DNA from: Octopus vulgaris
Taxonomy: Eukaryota
Length of the DNA stretch: 64,000 bases
Direction of reading: 5' to 3'
Assembly (NCBI GenBank): GCA_951406725.2
Contig: OX597819.1
Location: 59,706,001 to 59,770,000, forward strand
Positions 26,900 through 41,561 of this stretch are shown here, one piece after another. Numbering within the stretch: the stretch's first letter is position 1; each line of letters opens with the position of its first letter. The notes beneath the pieces are model-generated. The model saw nothing but the letters and a program-made list of their open reading frames with translations. It was not told the DNA's origin and did not search any database. Made by a program: the position numbers and the translations under genes.

Positions 26900-27860
26900 A
26901 ATATTTAGTATGATGGCATGAGTAACTCCTTACTAAGTTTGTTCACATATGGACTCAGTTATAGCATATGCTGACAGGACTCTCTTGGAGAAGGTAAGAG
27001 ACAGCCCTTTAAACTCTGGTATCCAACAATCTTCCTTCATTAATTACCTAATTTGCTATCAACACATTGCATCCTCCTTAATCTTCTCCATGCAAGCACC
27101 CTTCATTTCATGTCAATCTGTACCATTTCCCCAAAGAGTGACATCTTTATCAAAAACATCTTTCAGTGGAGACATAAAAATCCAGTTTCCATATAAATCT
27201 TACATTGTTTTCTAAATAATATTGTAATAGTTTTACAAATGTATAATGGCTTCACATATCAAGAAAACAGTTTTGTACCATCCACTTGTTGAGCGTGATT
27301 GTGTCTGCTGAAAATCCTCAATGCTGGGCTGCAGTTTCTGAGAATCTCTCTTCCAGACTTTTGCATACAACATAAGCAAAACAATATCCTAAAGACTAAG
27401 TATCTTATTATTAGCCAGAATATAATCAGAAAATTAAATATCTGGGACAGTGCTGCTATTACCTATACAAAGATTCAAAACATCATCCAAAAGAAAGCCT
27501 TTAGCCGTTTGGCTGATTTACAAAGGCTCTTTCTCATTCTCTTTCCTTGTTTGCCAGTTATGGCACCTCGTCCTTCCACTCACTTTTATTTTACTTTTAC
27601 TACTCCTCACTCATTCACTTTCTATTTGTCATTTGACAGCTTCTTACTTTCACACTATCTCGATACCTTAATTACAAATAAATACACAATACTTATTATA
27701 TATGGGTGTGTACGTGTCAGTGTATGCCACTGTAAATTCCTTATAGTCGTTACTCCTTGAAAATGTCTTTGGGGGTTAATATAATTGAAGTTGGTTCCTC
27801 AGAATGGATGCAGCCTGACGTCTGAAACCAGTTGTCTGCATTTAATTATTGTGCAACTCT
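26900..27860 (+). mobile_element. Possible highly degraded Penelope-like element 3' portion
   Basis: interrupted frame near 27185-27290 reads ...YKCIMASHIKKT (GIY-YIG 'YxC...YIGKT'-like); hammerhead-like remnant at 27808-27841. Confidence 0.35.
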
Positions 27861-28231
27861 ATGCAGTGCATACTCTTTAAAACTTTAGGTCATATTATTT
27901 GTGACTGATGTTTAATATTCTTAGCAATAAATGTTGATGTCTTATTACATAATTACACGTACCTAGGTTGGAAATATGTGTAGTAGTGTGTTTGCAATAA
28001 CAGGCCCTTTCGGAAGGAAAAACGTTGTAGCTCTCTCATACTGTTTTACCCTTTTGTTTTCTTCCAAAGAATTCATAGTACATGAATAAACTAAATGGCC
28101 AGTCTGTCATTATCTAATATATATTTGTAAGGTGACAATCCTGCAGAATCATTATTAGCATGCTAGATAGAGTGCTTAGTGGCATTTCATTCAGCTTCCG
28201 AGTTCAAATTCTACCAACGTTGACTTTGCTT

Positions 28232-28650
28232 TTTACTCTTACTCTTTTACTCTCTCTTTAACTTGTTTCAGTCATTTGATTGTGGCCATGCTGGAGCCAC
28301 CACCTTTAGTCGAGCAAATCGACCCCTGGACTTATTCTTTGTAAGCCTAGTTCTTATTCTATCGGTTTCTTTTGCCGAACCGCTAAGTTAGGGGGATGCA
28401 AACACACCAGCATCAGTTTTCAAGTGATGTTGGGTGGACAAACACAGACACACAAACATATACACACACACATATATATATATACATATATACGACGGGT
28501 TTCTTTCAGTCTCCATCTACCAAATCCACTCACAAGGCTTTGGTCGGCCCGAGGTTATAACAGAAGATACTTGCCCAAGGTGCCACATAGTGGGACTGAA
28601 CCTGGAACCATGTGGTTGGTAAGCAAGCTACTTACCACACAGTCACTCCT
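28232..28650 (-). mobile_element. SINE family B nested in a family A copy
   Basis: full B body on the minus strand; A-type sequence on both sides (28132-28230, 28652-28735). Confidence 0.85.
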
Positions 28651-28861
28651 ACTAAATAAGTACCAGTTGAACACAAGTCATTATAATCAACTTCCCCTCC
28701 CCTCAAAATTGCTAGCCTTCTGCCAAAGTTAAGAATTACCTAATATACATTCTTTGTTGATATTTATAGTTTAAATCAACAGTTTTTTTTTCTTCTGTAT
28801 CTTTGTTTTTTCTGGTTTTTTTAAAAAATATTTCTCAATATTTTCATGTTTCTTGTTTCAG

Positions 28862-29100
28862 TTTTGAGTCTCCAAGAACTTGCTTGTCGGACAATAGTGT
28901 CTTGTACCACCATCTATGGTATTGACCAGTTGCCATTACCACCTCGTCTGAAATCTCATTTGAAATCATATGCGATGACTAATAAAACACGCAGCACACG
29001 TATGCACAGCTTCATACACAGGGACAAGCTTAAAAAGTTGAAGTACCTTAATCCAACTGAATCACCCCCTAACTGTCGCAAAAGCTGCTGCATCAGCTAG
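28862..29100 (+). CDS. Rab40: Rab40 last coding exon: SOCS box and C-terminal lipidation motif
   Basis: tttcag| acceptor, phase matches the upstream exon; (V)LSLQELACRTIV...IDQLPLPPRLKSHL (BC box plus LPLP Cul5 box); ends RKSCCIS-TAG. Confidence 0.97.
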
Positions 29101-30787
29101 CACTCTATGTACCTCCATACTGCTGTTCCATTTGTGTAAATTGCTGGCTTTTTCTTCTTTTCTTCAAGATGAACTTTATCAAGGATCTCATTAGGAATAC
29201 TTGCTTTCATATGGATTCCTATTATTTTTATTATTATTATTATTATTATTATTGATTTTTTTTTTAAATCATTTTTTCTCCCCTTCTCTGAAGGTAATTT
29301 TTGTTTTTATTTTTATTTTTTCTGAAAACAAAAATGAAAAAAAAAAAAACCGAGCAAAGACACTCCAACCAATTGATTTTGTGCTCACACATCCCATCAT
29401 GCTAGTGACACAGCAAAATTTATATTTATTTATTTATTTGTATATTTTGGTTACGGATGCCATTTCTGTAAGGTTCACACTCTAACAAATCCCTCCTCCA
29501 TCTTAACTATTCTCATATTAAATTAAATTTTAAAAAGCCAAAAAAAAACACATAAAAATGAAAAAATAACATGCATATAAGATATGTATTTTTGACAGAT
29601 GAAAAAGTAGTTTTCAGAGAGAAAAAGAAAAAATTTACTTTATTTCATAGGCTGCATCACTTTTTTTTTTTTATCTTAAGTTAACTTTTGATAGAAAGCC
29701 TTAGGAAGTTGTTACATTTTCTAAGTTATCTGAGCTTATTTAGTAAACTTTCTTATAATATAAATGAATATGCATGGTCTCTGTACAAGATAACTTTGTC
29801 TGTGGATAATCTTTTCTTGTTTTGCTTATTTTTTCCATTGCTTTTCTTCTTATTTTCTTATATATTAAAGTAAATTATGGTTTTTAAATTAGGAGCCTGA
29901 TATTCTGTATTGAAAGCTTCACTTGAAACGTATTAGAAGTTAGATGATGATGATGCTGATAATAATAATAATAATAATAGATTAATTATTCTAGCATTCA
30001 AACTGTTTTACAATACAATTGATGTTTTGCTTCGAAATAATGCAATACCTGCTGCAGGAAATAATGCTGTGACCTCTCAGTCAGTTACATCTTCTTATTC
30101 GCTCAGCCCTTGCAGTTTTTCAAACATCAATGGGTGCAATGGAACCTCTAATTTACTCATTCGACCTGCTAGAAATAGCAACCAAATTGCACCCTACTGT
30201 CTTAAGTGAACAACTCATTGGATAATGTAGTTTAAGATGTGCTATGCCTAGAAAAACAAAGTAGATGAAATTGTCTTGGCAAGAATACTTTTGGTTTAAA
30301 AATACTTTTGCTCAGACATGACTAAGTTGTTAAAAATTAAATCTAAAAATGCTTCATAAACAAGATAGATTTTTTCCCTCTCTCTCATTCTCTCTCTCTT
30401 CTGTTTATTTTAAGCATTCATAATTAAGATTTTATTGATAAACCAACTGATGTTTTCAATATATTTTATTACCTTCTAACTCACACGATTAGTGACATTG
30501 TTTCTTTATCAAAACCATAAACCTATTCACTAATAATATTAATAATAATAATAATAATGATAATAATAAATGAAATGCAACTGCAAACATATTGAATATC
30601 AAAAGCCTGATATATTGGACATAACTCATATCCGTCTTTATTTTCATTCTTTGATCTTTCTTTGTTTTCCATCCTTCATAAAGATCTATCTCTATAAATT
30701 TTTAAAGATGAAAAGAAAATATTTTACTATTCAGATCCATCTTCATTTTTAGCCTTTAACTCAGCATTGAAAGATGGAACAGAAATA

Positions 30788-30833
<46 letters not shown>

Positions 30834-32276
30834 GGAAACGCCGTTAACTATTCATAGACAATAAATGTTAACCTTATGCTGAATTGAATTTCGCTGTTTT
30901 TGCAACAGATGCTCTTTGGTGGATTGGCAAATTCTCAAGAGTATTGGACAAAATGCCATGCATTATTTAGTTGCATCCCTTTACATTTGGTGTTCAAACC
31001 CACCGAGATTGACTTGGCCTTTTATATGTCTTCATATAATAAAATAGTTAATAAAATAGGTAACAGTCAAATTGGGTGGGGTGGTGGTGATAAAGTAACA
31101 GTCAAAGATTGATGAAGTAAATACCAATTGGGTGGGGTGGGGGGTAAAGTAAGTACTGGTCAAATAGTTGGGGTTGATAAAAGTACCAACCAGATACCAA
31201 GGGTTGATAGAATAGGGACCAATTGACTACACTGCTCACTAGCTTAGCCCTGGCCTAGTAAAGTGGCGATTATGTGTCTGAAAGACATTGGAACCTTTGT
31301 ACCAAAAATAGAATTGATTATTATTAATTTTATCAATTAATTAGTTAATTAATCACAGGCTCAGTCATACCTCAATAAAATTTTGGCAAAGTGACGCAGT
31401 TTCAGTTCTCAGTTGGAATCACTTTCATTTCTATTGCTAATGCTCATGGGAAAAGCATGAAATCACATCTCAGTATCCCCTATAATATCTATAGTCATTG
31501 TGCTTGTACAAGAAATGTATTATCGTTATTTTATTTTTATTGTCAACATTATCATCATCATCATCATTATTTTTCTTTAAGCTCCATGATGTGGTGGTAA
31601 GAAGAAGCTCTTTACAAAAACGATTCCACTATCCAGTTTTAATCCCTAATTAGGACACCTATGACTTAAAATTAATCAAACCTTTGGAGTTGCATGAATA
31701 TTGTGATTTCCCCTTCTGTACACTTATTAAGCTACTTGAATTTATAAGTGTCATTATGATCATCCTAATCATTTACTTATCCTGCTGGGAGTGAATCCCT
31801 TTTTCCACTTAGTTTAATTAAGAATGGGAATTAATGATATGCTTGTGTATATGCATATATTCACTGCATGTGTGTGTGTGTATATGTTTTTGTTTTCCCC
31901 TCAGAAAGCATAGGTGTGCAATGTACAGCTGTGACGGAAGTTTGTTGAAAATGTTAGTGTGCATGTGTATGTAAGGTATTTGATCTCCTACCACCAGTTT
32001 CCTACAGCGTCCCATGGTCACTATAATCCAGAACTAAACCCCATTGTAGATGCTACTGTATGAAACAGCTCATATGAGATTGCTATACTACTTCTTACTC
32101 TTTCTCTCTTTCACCTGTGCATACACAAACACACATATAGTTAACTCAGATTTTTACTACCCACCTACTAAACTATTTTTCTAGTTTTTGGAATAAATTC
32201 GATAACACAAATTCTGAATTCTAAATACAAAATTCCAAATTATGTTCCTAGTCATTTTTATTGTTTCATTATACAA

Positions 32277-32492
32277 TGTGGGGAGCTGGCAGAATTGTTA
32301 GCAAACCAGACAAAATACTTGTTGGCATTTTGTCCCTCTTCATGTTCTGAGTTCAAATTCCACCAAGGTTGACTTTGCTTTTCATCCTTTTGGCATTGAT
32401 GAAATAAGTACCAGTTGAACACTGGGGTCGATGTAAATTGACTAGCTCTTCCCACAGAATTTCAGGCCTTGTGCCTATAGTAGAAAGGATTA
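32277..32492 (+). mobile_element. SINE family A (short-tail form)
   Basis: gagctggcagaattgttagca...gagttcaaattccacc. Confidence 0.8.
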
Positions 32493-33823
32493 TTCTTTTA
32501 TTATATTACATATTGGCCATAAGCAGCTTTACCATTTTACATATATATATATCGTGTATGTTGCTTTCACTAATTGTTTTTGGTACCTGTGTAGTTATGA
32601 GCAGACATAAACAGCCTCTCATCCTTCTCATTCTTGAACCAGCAAAACATATTTTAAGATGCAAGGGAATGTGGGCTGCAGCTGCACTCAGCCAGGGTTC
32701 ATTTCATCTGAGTGAACTGGAACATGAAATGAAGTGCCTTGCTCAAGAGCACAAAGCACTACTTGGTCTGAGAATTGAACCCACAATCTTATGATTATGA
32801 AACCAACAGCCTAACCTTAAGACACATGTGTAATGGTAGAGCTATTCATAGGCCAGCCTGTGTGTGTGTATGTATGTATGTATGTACAGTCGTACAAATT
32901 GGAAAAGAATTTGTTTACTTGTTCTGAGCTGATTTCCTCTAACACTACTTAAGAGTTTTTATTTATTATGTGTTGTCCGTCAGATGACTTAAGGAGCACA
33001 CATAGTAGAGAAACTATGAATGAGTTGTAATGAAGTCAGTAATCAGCTTTGTATGGATGTGTGTGTGTATGAGAGATAGAGGGAGACATAAATTCATATA
33101 TGAATGCATCTTTATATATATATATATATATACATATTTAGTTCTCTTGTTGATCATATTCATAAGTAGAAAGAAGAAAAATAGACAGACATTTTTAATT
33201 CATCTAAATAATTTAAGTTTGTTTTAAATTTGTAATTTAATTTATCTTAAATGATCAAAAAAAAAAAAAAAGAAATAAAGAGATAAATTGTGAAAATTTG
33301 CTGAATCAAGCTTTTCGCCTTTTTGACATTTAGCTTTTTAAAAAAAATTTTTTTTTTAATACTTTTACTAAGAATCAAATTGTAGTATTGATTTTTCTAA
33401 CATTATTGTTTTTGTTTGTTTTTATTTTGCAATTTGTATGTTTCTCCACATTTTCTAACGGGGGTCCGTCCATTAACTTGACGATCTTCTTTCTGTTTTT
33501 TTTTCTTGTTTTTTTTTTTTTATATTTTGCTTGAATTATATTTATTGACATTTTTCTTTCTTTCTTTTTTTTTTTCTGGTTAGAAATATATAATTTATGA
33601 AAATGGAAATTTATTACTGAATCAGAACTTGTATTTAGAATTTTTTAAAACATTTTTTTTAGCTAAGATAATTTACACTTTTAATGGGGGGAGGTGATTT
33701 TTATTGATTTTTAGTTTGTGTAACAATATTTTTCATTGTTTTAAGACAAATCCATGATACATACATACATACATAAGCACACACAGCTACATGTACAGAC
33801 ACACATATTGCACACAGGTACAT

Positions 33824-33891
<68 letters not shown>

Positions 33892-35935
33892 CAGATACAT
33901 GTGTACTTATATATGAAATGTGGAATTTTATGATGTCAGATTGTCAGATCCAGAAGCAGTCTTTTGGATCTTTAATATTGTGTGTTTGTCTGCAGTTTCT
34001 TTAGAATGTTTTATTCCTTCGACAGCTTATTACATTTTCTTATCAAAGCTGTGGATTATTTTAATTTTTTTAATTATTTTTTTGTTTTTGTTTTTTGCTG
34101 TTAAAGAGTATATTTTGATAAATATTAAAAAAAATCTGATTAATCATCTTTTTCATTAAATTCTTCATATAAATCATAAATTTGTTTAAAATATTGTAAC
34201 TAAATATTCGGCTGTCTTCCTCGACTCCGCAAGCTGCCATTGTCTGTCCTCAAATGTATTTTAATGTATAAATTATCTTGTATTTTAATTAATACTGTAT
34301 TATAGTAATATTTTTTAAAAATTACTAAAACACATCACTAACTTTAAGATAAAGAGAAAAAAAATTTTTACCAAATTTGCTGAAAAGGTAAACCAAAAAA
34401 AAAAATCATTTTTATCACAATGACTGACTGACTTGTGGATATTTATTTTAACCAAATGAAGAAAAGAAAAATGTAAAAAAAAAAACAACAAAAACAAACA
34501 AGCAAATTTACAAAAAAAAAACAATAACAAAACAAGCAAAGATAATATGGAGAAAATAACCCATAAAATAACATTTTTCCTTTACATATTTCTATGTATG
34601 TGATGTCTTTAAACTCTCTTACACTATTTTGAATATTTATAGAATGTATAGTTTTTAGCCACTTGTGCACATTGATTTTAGTGTCTTCCTAGGGTAACGA
34701 TACTAATTCTTATAAATTTATCTGCTTCTTTCTTAGTCCACTCCCACCCCTACTCCAAACTTCCTGCTTTTAGTTTTTCGCAATATATGTTTCCATTTAT
34801 TTTTGTATTATTTTTATTTGAATTCTGAACTACTCTGTTTTATTTTTGAAATATAATTCTTAGTTGCTATCCAGTGGACATGGCACTATATTTTGCCATT
34901 TTCTCTACAAATGATAAGCTCATCTGACTTCATTTCCAATGTGAAGACATTCTATTTTAACTAATCTCCAGGTATCTTGCAAAGTTAGGTTAGACTTTGT
35001 TGATTGGCAATAGGTGGCAAAGTGGTAGAATCATCAGGATGCTTAGCAGCCTTTCTGCTGGCTTTATGTTCTGAGTTCAAATACCACCAAGGTCGACTTT
35101 GCTTTTTATCCTTTTGGGATCAATAAAATAAATACCCCCCTCTGCTTAAAATTCCAGGCCTTGTGCCTTTAATAAAGAGAGTCACTATTGGCTTGGTAGA
35201 ATCATTAGAGTACCCAACAAAATACTTTGTGGAGGTATTTGTTATGGCTCTTTAGATCATGATTTCAAACCCAGCCAAGATCAGTTTTACTTTTTTGTCC
35301 ATCTGAGGTCAATAAAATAAAGTACAAATCCAGTACTCAGGTTAATTGTAACTGACTCGCCTCACTCCACAAATCTCTTATCTTGTGCTTAAGTTAGAAT
35401 TTTTTTTTTCCTTTAAATTCTATTAAAATACAGTTTTTAAAGAAATTTCCTAAATAAGTCATTTATCTAAGGCTGGTTTCCATGTTGATTATATTAATTA
35501 TTCCCTCATCCTACCTGAGATTTTTTTGTTCAAGTATAAAATTATAAACTCTATTATACATGAATTGGATTTACTTTTAAATGAAAATATCTTTATATAT
35601 ATATATATACACATTATCAAACACATACATATGAAACATATATGCAAATATATATGTGTGTGTGTATGTTTAATATGGATGTTTGTATAGTCATATACAT
35701 ATACACATACACACATATATGTGTGTGTATATTATGATAATAATAATAAAGAACTTATTGTACACCTTGCTCAGGTGCAGCACAGTACATAGAATAATGC
35801 ACAGGAAGTGAATAGTAAATATATGTATGTATATATATGCATACATGATGTTCTTAATGAGATGATCAAGCAGACTACTATTCAATAAAGTGGTCAATAC
35901 ATTTTTAAAGTATTTAAGAAATATATATAAATTCA

Positions 35936-36252
35936 CAATTGCAGCGTGGGAGGTGTTTATAAGCCATCTAAGAAACACACAAACTCCATTAGATTCACTT
36001 CAACATTTAAATTTAATTTGTCAAAATATTTTCGTCACTTTGAGACCGTGTCCTGTTCACTGACTATTTCACTGTCAGTGAACAGGTCGCAGCCTCAAAA
36101 TATTTTGACAAATTAAATTTAAATGTTGATGTGAATCTAACGGATTTTGTGTGTTTCTTAAATGGCTGATAAACACCTTCCACGCTGCAATTGTTTTCGT
36201 TCCAGCACACGATCTCACATTAGGTCACTTGCTATGCAAGTACATCTCCATA
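35936..36252. mobile_element. Foldback element with inverted hammerhead-like motifs and 13 bp TSD
   Basis: inverted repeat 35935-36194 with 9 nt loop; atatataaattca at 35923-35935 and 36253-36265. Confidence 0.75.
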
Positions 36253-39200
36253 ATATATAAATTCAATTTTGGGGGATTTATATATATATTATTTATATAT
36301 ATATATATATATAATATATGATGATGATGAATACATACATACGTGCACACACACTCGCAGAGATAACTCTATATCATCAAGGCAGAATAATGGAGCATTT
36401 ATTTGGGATGTTAAGGATATTCAAATGAAATATTAATTTTGTGATTCGTATAAGTATAAAAAATATTAATGAAGCAATGAGCATAATAACCTTTGTTAAT
36501 TGAGAATAAATGAAGAAATAAATTCAAATCCGGATAGATTCTCATGGTTAAGTGGTCATATCGTGAATTATATAACCTTCAAGTGGGGAAAAATTAACTT
36601 AAAATAAAGGAGGAAATATATAAGGTAGCTTTTAAGCTATGCATGTGAAGTCTAGTAATAAATATAGATAGAATTATGGATCATGTGACTCATTTTTATT
36701 TATCCCTATGTTGAACGTTTAGAGTCACATTACATCTGTTCCTAATCCAATGCTTGACGTTCAAAGTTAAATGCAGGCAGATTTCTCAGCGTTTTTCCTG
36801 AAACAACTAAGTTATCTCCCTTCCCAAACACCCGTACGCTTCTTAAAATTTCCACAAAACATTTAAATTATTTCATATATATATATGTTTACGACTAAGT
36901 TTCCTCCCTCTTTGTATTGTTTCCCTTGTTTTCTTTTTTCATTGTTGCTTATATTATAGAAAATGCTCTGATGACTCTTAGTAAGAAATATGTGCAAATT
37001 TATAAGCATCATCCCTGATAAAAAATATATTACACTCCCATGCAAATACATTTACTAATTATCATATGTATGTATAATGCCTGCTTCTTACTGGCTTGAT
37101 GATATATATTTTCTATATAAAGGAGAGCCATGGTGTTTTATTAGAGAAGCTTAAAACGTTCATGGGGTAACATCTGGAGCTGAAGTCCTTGTAATTCTTT
37201 ATTATATTAAGATTAAGGGTTCATATTAGTAGCAAACCAATGAACACATCAAATGGTGAAGAAGACAAAAGGTGATTGGATATCACATTGGCTGTGGAAG
37301 TGGAAGGAGACTGCTATAGAGAAGGGACCCAATCTATCAAGGATCAAGTGGTAGTTTCCCCACACATCAGTTTTATTACATTACATAATAGCCACCTCCA
37401 ATCATTTGAACTGAATGTGATATCTTTATTAAATTTGGTGAAGACATTAGGCTTGGCTTATATGATTGTTGATGTTGGTGGTGGTGAGGTACAACTGTGT
37501 GATTTAAGTAGTAAACTTTGTTACAACTATTAGGTTTTGCTTTTCAACAAAGAATATAATTCTCTTTGCTCACAACGCTTACTTACTTGTCTTGCATTAT
37601 AGTTGAGCTCTTAGTAACAGGGTTGGCATTCAGCTATCTAAAAGTAGTGGCTTGTGAAACAAATTTTGCTTCTTGTTATATATTACAGGGATGAACATGG
37701 CAAAACTGATTCTACAGGTTTTAGTGTACTTAGCTGTTAGGAACACACACACACACACACTGCATCTTCTAGGAGTGTTATTTATGTTGTGATAGGTTGA
37801 TGTCCTATCCCTGTTGAAGATTCCTCCCTCATTTGCTTAATAGTATGAAACCATATCTATGCACAAGACCTTATTATTCATACATATGATCAAGAAGGAG
37901 ATTTAAGAAATATCTGTAATGGCCTTCATAAAATATATTATAAGAGATTTAAGAGCATCATTTGTCAATACAATTTCTTCCTTTCTGAGTGTATTTGCGA
38001 TAGCATTCTACATGCCTTTCTGTGTCAAAAGTAACATTTGTAGATGCTGAGAAGCATCATGCATAGGCTGAGCCCTGGATAATTTATATATTATTAACTA
38101 TTTCATTATTGGTCACTTGTTGGTGTTTTCCAGAACCTTAACAGAGACTCATTCGATATCAATGACAGTGGATGTGGATAGGCATCCTGTGCCTTTTTTT
38201 AATATGACATATGTATGTGTTTTTGAGCTTTCTGTTTTTTATTTTTTTTATAATCTATTCATAGACACTGTTTTCATGCTATGCTGAAAGTATTTGGCTA
38301 ATTTTAGAGGTTGATACACCTCCAATTCACACAAAGCATATCACTGTTCATTGCTCTTCTTTGATGCTTATGGAAAGCAAAACAGCTCTATGTTAAAGAT
38401 ACAACATCACTACAAGAATTAAATGCTGTAGGACAAAACTCTACCATATGTGACCTCAATTTAAAATCCTGTGATATCTGCTCATACATAACATAAAAAA
38501 AATATCATGCTTGTTTGTATATTGCAGATACTTTATTGACTGGCATTTGTATAGGGTATGTATAAGTGTGTGTTGATGATTATTAAAAAAATCTTGAAAA
38601 TCTGGAGCTTTGTGCCCTGGGTACATGTAGCATGTGTTTATAATCTTTAATTATAAAAAAGAAACGTAACTTTTTTTGTATCATCACTACCAGCCTATTT
38701 TTTGAGCTGCTGATTTTGTAACAAACAAGTCAGTGGGAAGCAGACAGGCATTAGATATTGTTCTGTTTTGGTTATTTTTTTTCAAATACCAAAAACTATA
38801 AGATCATCTGCAAATATTTTTAATCCCTGATATATACAGGTGTTTTCCTTACAAACATTTAAATTAAAATTCTTATCTAAAAAAAAACAAAAACAATACA
38901 TTGAAAAACTTAAAAAAAAAAAAAAGAGAGAGATACTTGTTGAAGTTTTCATATTTGCTTTATATCCTCCACTATATTTTCACTTTGCAAGGCAGTTAGT
39001 TTGTATGATCCTGTTGAATTTTAAATATTTTGTCAAACTAAGAAATGAAAGTTGCCCATTTCCATCAGATTGTTCAAATTCTAATTCTTTTTTTTTTTTT
39101 TTCTTTTATTACAATTGTTTCTGACTAGGTTCAAAGTTAACAAATATAGAACTTCAAACCTTCTTCTTCATTTACACTTTATATTACTTTAACCGATGCT

Positions 39201-40856
39201 ATTTTCAACAATTGCTTTAATGATGTACAATATAAAGCAGTACAGTGAAACCAAAGATGCATTTTTACTAAAGTTATTTAAAAATTTTTCTAAATATTGG
39301 TAAGCTTAGATCTTTCTTTGTTTTATGACTAAATGACATATATACTATCTTTTTTTTTTCTTACATCTATAAATCAATATATTGAGATGCAAATGAATTT
39401 GAACATGCCATATCCTGTTGTATATTTGCAGCTCTTCAAGTCTTTGAACTTCTATTAGTGTAATCTTAGTCAAGATAGCTTATCAGAACACATACCTTTT
39501 CAGGTTATTCCCATGGTGCACCTGAGCACTATACACAATAAGCTTATCATTGTAGTAGAATTTCTAAGATGAGCATAGCAAATTAAAGAATTGTGGAATA
39601 TTCTGAGCTGCCTCCATTTACTCCAACAGTAAGCGTTACCATTTTGTACAATTAGGTAGGTGAACTAGGTTAGCCAGAGCAAATCACTTGAGATAGCATA
39701 TGAACCACATGCAAATGAGAGAAAAAATTTAAATTTAGATTAATTGAGAAATTAAAATGTTCAAAGTAACTAACTAACTAATACTGAAAGTAATTTAATA
39801 AATATGTATGATGTTGTTATTTAGTATATTATGTTGTAACTAGATTTAGCCTATAGGAGTTGAAATAGAAATGTTTGCATTTTTATTAAAAGGTTTGTTT
39901 ATTTTTTGTAATTAAAAAAATATTCCAGTCATGTTGACATGTTATACATGTATGCTAATACATTATCCTATTAACAAAAACATTTACTATATTTCATTTC
40001 TGTTACCCATTATAACATTATGACATCACCTAAAACATTCAGTTGCTTTAAACTGCTTAAAAAATAATCTGCTTTGCATCTTCATGAATCTAATGAATTA
40101 AGGTGTTTGTAAAAATGGTAAATAATGCAGACATTTGCTTTGCCTTTTCTTTTCTTTTTTTAAAAATTTTCCGAACATGGTTTAATCTGTTATTTTTCAA
40201 TTTTATTATTTTTTGTTCTTATTGTTCTTGCCAATTTTCTATTATGTTTTTATAACTACACTTTCTGGTTCAAACGGTTCATTAACCCAACTGGATCTTC
40301 TGTTGTAAATCCTTATGATTTGGCTCTCCCCCACTCCCCCATACTGCTCTTTTAATGAAAATAGCAAATGAATGGCTATGATTTGAAATGTATTTAAAAG
40401 TTTCCTCCAAAGAGGTAGAGACGGGCCTCTGTGACTCGACAACAAAAGAATACTAAACCTATATGCTGTCATCATCTCAGAAACTCTATTCTACTGTAAT
40501 CATGTTCTGTATAGACTTTATCATACAAATTTACACTGTTTATGCTTCAAAACTTTGTTCGGTGTTTACTTCCTATTTCTATTCCTTGGAACTTTTTTTT
40601 TTTTTTCATATACACAAAATTGATGATTGAACTATAAAAATATTGAATTACCAATTTTCATGTGAATATTTGGCAGTTATGTCCTACTTGCATTCATACA
40701 TATCAATATTTATACAGGAATCTATATCTGTGTATATAAACATATGTATTGTATACATATGTTCATATATGAATATAATTCTAAATATGTATAGATGTAG
40801 ATCTACATGTGTGTATGTGTGTGTATATATATAAATATATAATTGTGTGCATGTGT

Positions 40857-40903
<47 letters not shown>

Positions 40904-41369
40904 GTTTGTATATGTCCTCATATGCATGTGTATATGTATTTTTGTACATGTTCATATATTAGGTTTGTATGTGTATGTCTATATATGTGTGTGTGCATAT
41001 ATATATATGCATACACATACATATGCTCATATAATATATTACACAATGGAATCTCAAGATTAACTCATTCGTTGATCTAGCCAATCTTTTCTATAATTCA
41101 TTTTGTTCCAAATTCAAATTTCTACTGTCTGTGCAAACCATTTTCCTCACATTTTTTTTACCAAGAACAAATATAACTTCTTTGTTTTTTTTTTGCATGT
41201 GCGTATATTTACAGTTGAATCGTGTAAAATAATTAAATGACCCATTCAACTCTCTCTCTCTCTCTCTCATTTGCTTACATACACAAGATTTTGAGTGTGT
41301 GTGTGTGTATGTATGTACGTTTTTGTGTGTGTAAATATTTCTATATATGTATATGTATGTATATATGTA

Positions 41370-41401
<32 letters not shown>

Positions 41402-41524
41402 CTCACACATATATAGAAGCATGCATATTCTTAATTCTATTTCCAAACATAAACTTCATCAGTCTGTGTATGTTTATAAACCAATATATATATATATGTA
41501 TGTATGTGTGTGTATACACACACG

Positions 41525-41561
<37 letters not shown>

